Position numbers and translations under genes: made by a program. The notes beneath the pieces were generated by a model, which was given only the letters and a program-made list of their open reading frames with translations, was not told the origin of the DNA and ran no database searches. This document shows, piece after piece, positions 44,109 through 52,438 of a stretch of DNA of 64,000 bases. Numbering within the stretch: position 1 is the first letter of the stretch; the number at the start of each line of letters is the position of its first letter. Source of the DNA: Nanobdellota archaeon (GTDB lineage Archaea; Nanobdellota; Nanobdellia; Pacearchaeales; GW2011-AR1); assembly GCA_018830525.1 (NCBI GenBank), contig JAHJSH010000017.1, positions 2,688-66,687 on the forward strand, written 5' to 3'.

Positions 44109-44329
44109 CTACTCCAATTAAATCTATCCGTTTGAAATGTTTGGACTGTTGCTGTGGCTCTAGTTATGAAGTTTCTAAATGTCTTTGTGTTGAGTGTTCC
44201 CTTTATGCATATAGATTTGGAAAAAGACCTAGAAGTATTCAAATATCTAAAAAGATTTCTGAACCCCTGAGTAAGCCCTCTATCGGAGATGAAATAACAG
44301 TATCTCAGGGGGAGGCTCTAGATGGATAA
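44105..44329 (+). CDS. Cys-rich small protein (zinc-binding), 74 aa
   Basis: LKCLDCCCGSSYEVSKCLCVECSLYAYRFGKRP; 4-nt overlap with the upstream ORF. Confidence 0.5.
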   Translation: MTTPIKSIRLKCLDCCCGSSYEVSKCLCVECSLYAYRFGKRPRSIQISKKISEPLSKPSIGDEITVSQGEALDG

Positions 44330-44459
44330 ATGTTTTATTTGTAAAAGGGAAGCGAAAGCTTTTATTTTAGGGAAAAATATATGCAGAAATCACTATGAAT
44401 TAATCTTAAGACTAAGAAATGACAAAAACCTTTGGGAGATTATAGAAAAATCATTTGTA
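44322..44459 (+). CDS. Possible 45-aa zinc-finger peptide
   Basis: MDKCFICKREAKAFILGKNICRNHYELILRL...; overlaps the previous stop. Confidence 0.3.
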
Positions 44460-45510
44460 TAAATAGGATTAATTAAAATATCCATTCGCTCGTTCTGTAT
44501 AGTGTATAAACAAATTTTAGATTTTTCAATTATCCTATTAAATCTCCAATATCACGGGTAATAAATAATAAAAATAATAAAAAATGGTGTATACTCATGT
44601 ATAACAACTTGACTGCTCAGAAAAAAAAGTCATGGAATTTAATCCTTATTTTGTTAGGTGGGGGGCTCTTGTCCCCTATAAAATCTCAAAATATACCCAC
44701 AGATTAGTTTCATATCCGTCCCCTTAAGAGAATGTATAAGCTAAACAGCGTCGAAAAGTTTGCTCATTGGCTAATTATAATCTCCATTTCTTAAGGAATA
44801 AATAATTATCAAGATAACTTCTAGAAACCCCCCCTTATCCCCCTGTGAATTCAAAGTGTCACCCAACTTTTAATGTATAAGCCTAGAACCCTAGAAAAGT
44901 TTGCTTACTGGGTAACTGTAGCATAAATGGATTAAGGGATTTGTATAAGGGCATAGCTTATACGGTGGCTTATACAGATTTCTCTCAGGGATTATTACAA
45001 TCCTTTCATCCAAATTTTTCTTCACAGATGAGTTGATGTTAGAAAAACCTCGTAAATACAACAACTACGTTCTTGTTTATAATATATATAATATATGTGT
45101 TAATAAGTTAATAATCATTTTCTCATTTGTTCCTAGAATCGTCTAACTAAGGTTAGACGGAGGATTTAAAATTACGTTATCCAAATTTTTTTTCAGAAGA
45201 ATTAATGGTGGAATAAAATCTCGCAAATACAACAAATACATATCTAACTAAAATATATATAATACAAGAGGCAATTAATCTATAATCTTATCATCCCTTA
45301 CCCTTAAACTCCACTAATTACTATTAGCGGATATGGTAAAAAAGAAGTTATTATTTGAGCCAAAAGCAGAAAAACCAATATACTCTAATAAGGAAATAAC
45401 TAATAATTCTTATTCAAATGTGCCTATATAACCACTAATGCGTATTAATGGAAGGTTCAGGAAAGAGACAATTTCTAAACGTTTTTAAGCTTTGATTTGT
45501 TGGTTCTTTT
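44460..45510. promoter_or_regulatory. ~1-kb noncoding, repeat-dense region (candidate origin/regulatory hub of the element)
   Basis: AATGTATAAGC..N..AAAAGTTTGCT at 44731 and 44872; TGTATAAG/CTTATACA cluster 44942-44976; ~86-bp imperfect direct repeat 45008-45093 / 45179-45264; palindrome CGTCTAAC..GTTAGACG near 45141. Confidence 0.45.
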
Positions 45511-45801
45511 ATGAATTATCCTCAAAGGGCAATGCTTAGGATTGTTGGAGTTATATTATTTCTACTTGCATTAATCTTTAATATATTTATTATGCCCTCC
45601 TCTCCTAATATTCGGATGGCGGATAATATTTGTAATGTTGCAGGATTATTTGGGGGTTCTGGAACTGAATGCGTTAAGGTTCATTTTCTAAGATTGGGTG
45701 TGGATTATTCTTGGATTCTTTTTGTTGTTGGTGCGGTTCTATTCTTTATCGGAGTTTGGGTAGGTTTAGGGGCGAAGGGAAAGAAGGAGATTCTGGGATG
45801 A
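45511..45801 (+). CDS. Small membrane protein (96 aa)
   Basis: Two or three hydrophobic helices. Confidence 0.5.
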   Translation: MNYPQRAMLRIVGVILFLLALIFNIFIMPSSPNIRMADNICNVAGLFGGSGTECVKVHFLRLGVDYSWILFVVGAVLFFIGVWVGLGAKGKKEILG

Positions 45802-46190
45802 AACCTTGTTGTAAATGTAAGAAAGAAGTTTCTTTTCTTGGAGGTTATACTGATAAGGGGAAAAGATATTGTCGTGAATGTTGGAAAAAGAAAGAAAGCG
45901 GAGAACTAGAAGTTGAAGGAAAAATATGGGAATGTGATTATTGTGGGGAGGAATTTTGTAAAAAGGAAGATTGCGGAAAACACGAGCAGAGGTGTAAAAA
46001 AGAAAGACGATTTAGCAATCACACCCTTATAAAAAATAAGAAAACGAGGGAAAGGTTTATCATAATAAAGAGTAGTAGTTTGATTGGTTGTTTAGTTGGT
46101 GGAAGTTATACTATTAGTAATATTAAAACAAAGGAGATTAAAATGATTACGGGGAATAAATTTGCAAAAGAATATGAGGTTTTGGGATAA
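45798..46190 (+). CDS. Zinc-ribbon protein (130 aa)
   Basis: MKPCCKCKKEVSF...RYCRECW...WECDYCGEEFCKKEDCGKHEQRC; ATGA overlap with the previous ORF, so the track start at 45711 was rejected. Confidence 0.5.
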   Translation: MKPCCKCKKEVSFLGGYTDKGKRYCRECWKKKESGELEVEGKIWECDYCGEEFCKKEDCGKHEQRCKKERRFSNHTLIKNKKTRERFIIIKSSSLIGCLVGGSYTISNIKTKEIKMITGNKFAKEYEVLG

Positions 46191-46191
46191 A

Positions 46192-46632
46192 ATGACAAAA
46201 GTTCACTGGACTCAATGGGTGGGGGCAATACCTTTTTTGTTTCTAATAGGGTTACTTATATTTGGATATTTAATAACCGGATTTACGATAATCCTTAATC
46301 TTATCTTTGTGGCTATATTATTATTAATTTATGTTTCAACATACCTCTTCGCTAATAATTTTTTTGACTTCGCGGAAGCAGGTCTTAGTAATGATATTGA
46401 ATTACTCAAACTAGAAAAAGAAAATTCCGCAATTCTTTGGGCATTTTCAAATGGTATTGGTATAGCATTTTTAATTTCTGGGCTACAAGTAGCTTCTGAA
46501 AATCCATTAATGATTATAATAGGACTTGGAATGTTATCTGTTGGAAATTTAGTCTATGAATTATTTTATTATCCTAGATATGCCTTATTAGTTAAAAAAA
46601 GGGTTATTGAAATCATGGAGAAAAATGAATAA
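46192..46632 (+). CDS. Membrane protein
   Basis: Four hydrophobic segments; ATG at 46192 follows the previous stop. Confidence 0.5.
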   Translation: MTKVHWTQWVGAIPFLFLIGLLIFGYLITGFTIILNLIFVAILLLIYVSTYLFANNFFDFAEAGLSNDIELLKLEKENSAILWAFSNGIGIAFLISGLQVASENPLMIIIGLGMLSVGNLVYELFYYPRYALLVKKRVIEIMEKNE

Positions 46633-46867
46633 AAAACAATTGTATATTTTGGCTTGGGGATTTATGTTAATAGGAACTATGTTCATTTATATAGATACTA
46701 GTGCGGGCGTTCATTTAACTAATAGCCTTTCATCCGAAAGACCTTTTGATATATCCGATGCCTATTATGTAATGAACGCGGAAATGTATGACCCATTTAT
46801 TTGGACATTCTTTTCCTTATGGGTTTTATTTATGATATTGGCTTGGCAGACTAAGGAGAAAAAATGA
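46625..46867 (+). CDS. Small membrane protein
   Basis: Two TM helices; ATG at 46625 overlaps the previous stop. Confidence 0.45.
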   Translation: MNKKQLYILAWGFMLIGTMFIYIDTSAGVHLTNSLSSERPFDISDAYYVMNAEMYDPFIWTFFSLWVLFMILAWQTKEKK

Positions 46868-47508
46868 AAAAGAAATGGCATAGAAAACACGTTAAAGAAC
46901 ACGGAGGTTATACCTCCTATCACCAAAAGAAAAGTTATACTTGGGTTTGGTTTCTAGGGATTATTATTCTAGCAAGTCTTGTTTATGCTTATGATGTTGG
47001 TGGAGTTAAAACCTTAATTGAAGAAAAAATTAATCAAGTTCAAGACAATTCAAATCTCGGGGGGAGTCTTCTAAGTTCTGAATGTCCTGAAGGAATAGTC
47101 CCAGAAGTTATGATTATGGACAATAAGCAATTAACTTTTGTAAAAAATATGACTGGAATTTATAGGGATTATCCTGAAGCTGTATCATTTTCAAGTATGT
47201 TCTATTGGAATGACGGAGTTCAAAGTGATTTAGACGCAACAGATGACGGATTCTATTATTATAATCTCTGTCATAAGGGTCAAAGTGGGGGAGAAAATAT
47301 AAATTATATTTATTGTGAAGATTTACCTTATTCAAAGACTATAACGCCTGTTTCAGATGAGGGAGTTATTGGAAAGTCCGAGACAATCTCCTATTCTATT
47401 GATTTGGTCTTGGAAGAAGAGAGTGTCCGAACTGTTAATGATATGATGTACGGGGATGTTCCGATTAGTTCAAATCGGATTATCTCTTCAAAGTGTAAGA
47501 GACAATAG
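46864..47508 (+). CDS. Membrane-anchored extracellular protein (214 aa)
   Basis: One N-terminal TM helix, then a Cys-containing soluble domain; ATGA overlap. Confidence 0.5.
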   Translation: MKKKWHRKHVKEHGGYTSYHQKKSYTWVWFLGIIILASLVYAYDVGGVKTLIEEKINQVQDNSNLGGSLLSSECPEGIVPEVMIMDNKQLTFVKNMTGIYRDYPEAVSFSSMFYWNDGVQSDLDATDDGFYYYNLCHKGQSGGENINYIYCEDLPYSKTITPVSDEGVIGKSETISYSIDLVLEEESVRTVNDMMYGDVPISSNRIISSKCKRQ

Positions 47509-47593
47509 ATTCTGAGGCTTCTAAATGTCCGCCTTTATTCCGTAATTATTCAATTCCATAAATCCTTATAAAGATTAATATTAATTAATATTG

Positions 47594-48040
47594 ATGGATA
47601 ATAAAATAAAATATTGGACAAAACACCAAGAGCTTGATAAATTTAATTATAATATTTCTTTTTCTTCCCTCATTGGACAATTATCGATGAGTATAGCCGT
47701 TTTAATTGGTGTCTTAGTAATAATAGTAACCACTAAGCAATTAGGTGCTTGGGGGAGAGTAATTTCAGTAGTAATTGTGGGGGGTATTTTCCTTTGGTGG
47801 ATGCAATCCAAACTAATTAAATCTCATCAAACAAAATTGAAAGAGACAAATAGAAGTTTTAGAATAAGAGAAGCGATGTTAAGAGTCTGGTATCAAGAAC
47901 TTGGAGTAGATACAGATTTATTGGATAAACAATATGAAGAAATTAAAGCTAAATCAAATCCAGAAATTCTAGAGAACAAACACTTCGAGAAAATTGCGAA
48001 GAAAGTAATTTTGAAATCTAAAAAGTTGAAGAAAAAATGA
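47594..48040 (+). CDS. Membrane protein (148 aa)
   Basis: Two adjacent TM helices, then a charged helical tail; ATGA overlap with the next gene. Confidence 0.5.
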   Translation: MDNKIKYWTKHQELDKFNYNISFSSLIGQLSMSIAVLIGVLVIIVTTKQLGAWGRVISVVIVGGIFLWWMQSKLIKSHQTKLKETNRSFRIREAMLRVWYQELGVDTDLLDKQYEEIKAKSNPEILENKHFEKIAKKVILKSKKLKKK

Positions 48041-49062
48041 CTAAAGACCATTTCGTTCCAGATTTTATTATTGAGAGTTTTGCCAATTCTGAAGGCAAGA
48101 TAATGTTCTATGATAAGGAGAATCACGAAGTTTCTAATCCGTTTCCTTATTCTACCCAGATGCGGAAAAAGAATTTTTATAGTAGGGAAACTCTTAATAA
48201 ACTAAAAAATCAATTTGATTACATACTTCTTAATCCAATTTTTTTAAAAGGTCAAAACCTTAATTTAGAAGATGCTTTGAGTTTATGTTTAGAGACTCCG
48301 ATGGGGGTTATTGCATCAAAGATTATTTCTGCATTCGGGCAAAAGAAGATGGCTCGCTTGACAGAAGAGGGAAAAAGATTTATAAAAGAGTACATTGCGG
48401 TACAACACATAAGAACCTTAAGTTTCAAAAGAAGGTCTATAGAGTTTAATAAGAAGTTTAATAACTTTCCATCAGAGGTTAAGGACTATCTTATAGAGAA
48501 TGAAAACTCCAGAACAATCCAAATTCGGTCTCTGATAAAACTGAAAAATCCTAATAAAAACACTAAAGAGAGATTTGAGATAGAAAAAGGATGGAGAAAA
48601 AAGCTAAAGAAAAATCCATATCTTATTCAAGAGATAAGAGAAAAACTCTTCAATGAAAAACTAAATAAAATGATGAAAGATGCGGAAGAGAACATTAAGT
48701 ATCTTCTTTTGCATCCCGAAAAACATTCTGTGGATATTATCGATAGGGGTTTTAGGAATAGTTTCTTTAAAAGATGTGATGTAGAAAATTTAAACGTGAG
48801 CATTATAGTAAATCAAACCCCAAACCATTTCGTTTTGACAGACACTGGGATTGTCTTAATGTCCGATAATCCATCGATGAATGAAAATCTTGAGATTTTT
48901 CTTCCCATTCATCCAAGAATTCTTATTCGTCTTTCTAAATCAGAAAAGGAAATCGAAAGTGTGAATAAACCCTTTGTGGATATTTTCAATAAGGTTTCAA
49001 AAGAGGATTCATATAAAAAAGTATACTCTGACTCAAAAGAAATCTTGGAAAGTCTTGTTTAG
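48037..49062 (+). CDS. DUF4238-like protein
   Basis: N-terminal KDHFVPDFIIESFAN resembles the DUF4238 opening motif (HYVPxFYLxxF); weak. Confidence 0.45.
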   Translation: MTKDHFVPDFIIESFANSEGKIMFYDKENHEVSNPFPYSTQMRKKNFYSRETLNKLKNQFDYILLNPIFLKGQNLNLEDALSLCLETPMGVIASKIISAFGQKKMARLTEEGKRFIKEYIAVQHIRTLSFKRRSIEFNKKFNNFPSEVKDYLIENENSRTIQIRSLIKLKNPNKNTKERFEIEKGWRKKLKKNPYLIQEIREKLFNEKLNKMMKDAEENIKYLLLHPEKHSVDIIDRGFRNSFFKRCDVENLNVSIIVNQTPNHFVLTDTGIVLMSDNPSMNENLEIFLPIHPRILIRLSKSEKEIESVNKPFVDIFNKVSKEDSYKKVYSDSKEILESLV

Positions 49063-49261
49063 TAAACTATAAATAGAGGACCTAACTCTTTTAACCATGC
49101 CAAAAATAAGTCCAAAGATTACAGCAGTATTGTCTGCAATAGCATTAATTTATGCGTTGTTTGATAATTTTAATGTATCTGTGGCGATTGCTTCTATTTT
49201 AGTTCTAGTATTGTCTATTGGAATGATTATAGAAGGATAATTCCCTGATTTAAATAAAATC

Positions 49262-49288
49262 GTTCGTTAATGTCACGCACCCGGTTGG
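49262..49288. repeat. 27-bp direct repeat, copy 1 (copy 2 at 49964-49990)
   Basis: GTTCGTTAATGTCACGCACYCGGTTGG; ends in the first 8 nt of the tRNA-Asp core. Confidence 0.85.
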
Positions 49289-49327
49289 ATGAGTTAAATT
49301 TTTAAAAGTATGTTGTCTTAAGAATAT

Positions 49328-49702
49328 ATGACTGATGTAACATTAGAACTTCTTGAATTTCAAGAAGAACAGCCCCTAGAACAAACTCATAAGGTTAATA
49401 CAGATATTGTAAGTAAGCGTCTAAAAAATTTAGGAGGTTTTATATTAAAATTGATAAACAACAAGGACGGCTCAGTTTTCTTTTCTTGCCTCACTTCTTC
49501 TTCGGCGGAAGAAGGGATTTTAAAAGAGATACCTCGAGAGCCATTTCTTAGAGAGTTAAATAATCGCATCTTTGAGCGTAAAACTACTATAAAACAAAAC
49601 TATGTACAGGAAATATTAGATGCTGAATTTAAAAAATCTATAGAAACTTTAGAGGTTATCAAAGTGGGCCATGTGTATCTCTTCAAAGACCACAGAAAAT
49701 AA
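49328..49702 (+). CDS. Hypothetical protein (124 aa)
   Basis: ORF only. Confidence 0.45.
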   Translation: MTDVTLELLEFQEEQPLEQTHKVNTDIVSKRLKNLGGFILKLINNKDGSVFFSCLTSSSAEEGILKEIPREPFLRELNNRIFERKTTIKQNYVQEILDAEFKKSIETLEVIKVGHVYLFKDHRK

Positions 49703-49786
49703 ACTACCCCACTACTATCGGTTGGGAAATTCAACTAAATTTTTTATTTAGTTAATACTTATAAACTCCCCTTACCCATAAATTAT

Positions 49787-49960
49787 ATGAGAAAATGTCC
49801 ATCAAAAAAAGTAATTGAGAAGTTTCGGAACGGCGCCAGAGAAGTAAAGGTCTGTGATAGTAGATATAATCAAAACGCTAAATTCGTTTCAAGGGACGGA
49901 GAGGGCGTTTGCACAAAATATCACAGGGAAGATATTCCAGAAGAGTGTATTAAAGATTAA
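49787..49960 (+). CDS. Hypothetical small Cys-containing protein (57 aa)
   Basis: Below track cutoff; MRKCPSKKVIEKFRNGAREVKVCDSRYNQNAKFVSRDGEGVCTKYHREDIPEECIKD. Confidence 0.3.
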   Translation: MRKCPSKKVIEKFRNGAREVKVCDSRYNQNAKFVSRDGEGVCTKYHREDIPEECIKD

Positions 49961-49963
49961 ACA

Positions 49964-49995
49964 GTTCGTTAATGTCACGCACTCGGTTGGGGCGT
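49964..49995. repeat. 27-bp direct repeat copy 2 plus full tRNA-Asp 3' core CGGTTGGGGCGT (49984-49995)
   Basis: The 12-nt core is identical to tRNA-Asp positions 40768-40779. Confidence 0.8.
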
Positions 49996-50161
49996 AATAC
50001 ACTTTTGGTATATCTAAGTAGTCTCTTTTTTCTAAATGATTTTTATCTTCGATAAAATAAAAAATGGTTAAATTAGTGCTATTTAGCACTATTTTTTACA
50101 AAATATGTAACTTTTAGTACCAAATAGTAACATTTATAAAGATTAGATTAGTAAATACACT

Positions 50162-51403
50162 ATGGCAACAAAGTATGATGTTTTTGAATTAATATATGAA
50201 AATCGTGCCCCTATGAAACCGATTGAAGTAGTTAAGAAACTAAAAAAAGGTGAAGAAGACTATCATAACATCCATAAATTACTTAGAAGTCTAGTTAAGG
50301 ACAGAATATTAATTAAGGTAAAGGATGGATTTGAAATTAAGATCACTCCAAAAACAGAACTGTTATACAAACTAATCTATTATTGTACTCATAATGGTAT
50401 TAATTACAATCTTTTATTAGACAAAAACATAGCAAACTTTATTTATGAATCTTTAAAAAAAGAAGAATTTCAACAAAAATATATTAAAGTTAATCCAAAA
50501 ACATTTAAAAAATATATAGAAATCTTAGATAAATTTGGATTAATTCTGATAAGTTCTAAAAAACCATTAAAAGCAAGAATATTTGATAATGCCCTAATTA
50601 ATAATCTTTTGATTTATTTTGATTTTAAAACAAAACCTCAGAGAAAATACACAATTAATTACTTAGATGAAATAGAAAAAGAATTAAGTTTATACAAAAG
50701 ATTAAGAAAAAATAATGAAAAAGGATACCAAAAAATAGTTGATGAATTTGAAATACATTTTGTTCAACACAGCCTTTCTTTAGAGGGCAACCCTATAACT
50801 CTTCCAGACACAATAAAAATTTTAAAAGAAGAGATAATCCCAAGAGATTTGAAGAATGAAGATGTTGAAGAAGTTAAAAATTATCAAAATGCTATTCTTA
50901 GAATGCTTAGAGAGGCTCAACAAAGAAAATCTTTAACACAAGAATCAATCTTAGAATATCATAAGTTAGCTATGATTAATAAACCAAAAATTGCAGGAAT
51001 AATAAGAGATTACCCTGTTCGTATAGATAAAAATCCTAATTTTAAAACCGCAAAACCAGAAGAAGTAAAACCCTTACTTAAAGAACTATTAGAAAAATAT
51101 AATGAATTTCTTAAAAAGAAAAAAAGTACAATAAAAGAGATAGTCAATTTTTCTGCATATTTTCATAATCAATTTCAATACATTCATCCGTTTGGAGATG
51201 GAAATAGTAGAACTACAAGATTAATTACATTTCACTTATTGCATTTAAAGGGTATTCCTATGTTAGATATCCCTTTCGGATTATTAGATGAATATCTTAG
51301 CTACACTAAAGGTTCAAAGAAAAGAGATGACAAACAACTTTTCGAAAACTTACAAAAAACAATTTTATTTAATCTTAAAAAGATAAATGAAAGGTTAATT
51401 TAA
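50162..51403 (+). CDS. fic: Fic/DOC-family protein with N-terminal wHTH-like region
   Basis: YIHPFGDGNSRTTRL Fic motif; N-terminus MATKYDVFELIYE parallels MPTRYDVFAKIIE of the ORF at 12852. Confidence 0.85.
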   Translation: MATKYDVFELIYENRAPMKPIEVVKKLKKGEEDYHNIHKLLRSLVKDRILIKVKDGFEIKITPKTELLYKLIYYCTHNGINYNLLLDKNIANFIYESLKKEEFQQKYIKVNPKTFKKYIEILDKFGLILISSKKPLKARIFDNALINNLLIYFDFKTKPQRKYTINYLDEIEKELSLYKRLRKNNEKGYQKIVDEFEIHFVQHSLSLEGNPITLPDTIKILKEEIIPRDLKNEDVEEVKNYQNAILRMLREAQQRKSLTQESILEYHKLAMINKPKIAGIIRDYPVRIDKNPNFKTAKPEEVKPLLKELLEKYNEFLKKKKSTIKEIVNFSAYFHNQFQYIHPFGDGNSRTTRLITFHLLHLKGIPMLDIPFGLLDEYLSYTKGSKKRDDKQLFENLQKTILFNLKKINERLI

Positions 51404-51577
51404 ATTAAAAAGAAATTGTTGAAGAGTTCCCCGCATTAAAAGAAAAAAGGTCTTCTTTTGGTTACAGACTTATGTTTTGCAGAACTTATGAAGAATTAAT
51501 GAACACAATCAAGAAATTAAAGAACGAGCCAGTTATGCCTTTGTTGCTGTGGATGTATAAGGAGGGTTAGGGTTTAG

Positions 51578-52099
51578 CTATTTTCTACAACCCATTAGAA
51601 TATTCTTTAAATTCAAATCTTTCTCGTATTTTTCTCCAGTTTTAAGAAAGGCATATCCTACTCCAAGTAAATCAACCCCTGTTAGAATTTGAGGAAAAGG
51701 AGATAACCCATTTTGAGTGAGAAATTCTTCTCTTTCTTTAGGAGCGAGAAACCCATAACATTGCTGAGAAATTCTGCTAGGTTCAAGAAAAACTTTTAAG
51801 GGATTCTGTAATTTTTCATCAACCATCTCTTCTAAAATTAAATACCCACACCCTTTACGAATTGCACTGCCAATTTCCTTATTGGATTTGTTAGCATCAA
51901 AATCATAAAAACTATTCCCATAAGCTATATATTCTTCAATTTTTGAAGAGGGATAAAGAGATTTAATTTTATTATGAATATTTTCTATAACCTCTCGTGC
52001 ATTTAGAATATTCTTTGCAAAGACTTGCTCATATTCATCATCAGAGTCTAGCCTATATTCAGTTTCTCCATGAGTTACAATTGATTTTTTATTTTCCAT
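51578..52099 (-). CDS. Hypothetical protein (173 aa)
   Basis: ORF only; follows the 73-aa ORF with a 4-nt gap. Confidence 0.45.
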   Translation of the reverse strand: MENKKSIVTHGETEYRLDSDDEYEQVFAKNILNAREVIENIHNKIKSLYPSSKIEEYIAYGNSFYDFDANKSNKEIGSAIRKGCGYLILEEMVDEKLQNPLKVFLEPSRISQQCYGFLAPKEREEFLTQNGLSPFPQILTGVDLLGVGYAFLKTGEKYEKDLNLKNILMGCRK

Positions 52100-52103
52100 T
52101 TTA

Positions 52104-52325
52104 TTAACCTCGTTCTAAAACTTTTTCAATCTTAAAGGAAAAATCTTTTTTCTCTGATAGCTCCATTCTATCAACTAACTTGGAATAAGGACATTCTCCA
52201 AAAAACATTCCTCCCTCAAATAAAGCCCTATACCCATTATTTGTCTTTAAAACATTCTTATCACAGATAAGTAAATCATTCCAATTACATCCATGATTTT
52301 TTGGGCATTGATATTCATGTTCCAT
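52104..52325 (-). CDS. Hypothetical Cys-containing small protein (73 aa)
   Basis: MEHEYQCPKNHGCNWNDLLICDK...ECPY; no family recognised. Confidence 0.4.
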   Translation of the reverse strand: MEHEYQCPKNHGCNWNDLLICDKNVLKTNNGYRALFEGGMFFGECPYSKLVDRMELSEKKDFSFKIEKVLERG

Positions 52326-52438
52326 TTTATTTTAATTTTACTTGAAATATACAGGTTTTAGGTATATATAGGATTTACTTACCCATTCATACCCAAAAAA
52401 GGGAAATATTTATAAATAAGGTATATTTATGGTTAAAT

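Larger units (their letters stand above)
40779..49995. mobile_element. ~9.2-kb integrated element (integrase, RHH regulator, many small/membrane ORFs, 1-kb repeat-rich noncoding region)
   Basis: Starts at the tRNA-Asp 3' end with the integrase adjacent; ends at a copy of the core CGGTTGGGGCGT (49984-49995). Confidence 0.65.

Noticed and set aside
45711-45797. Track start of the 159-aa ORF at 45711
   Set aside because: It overlaps the preceding membrane-protein gene in another frame. The ATG at 45798 (ATGA coupling) gives a coherent zinc-ribbon protein.
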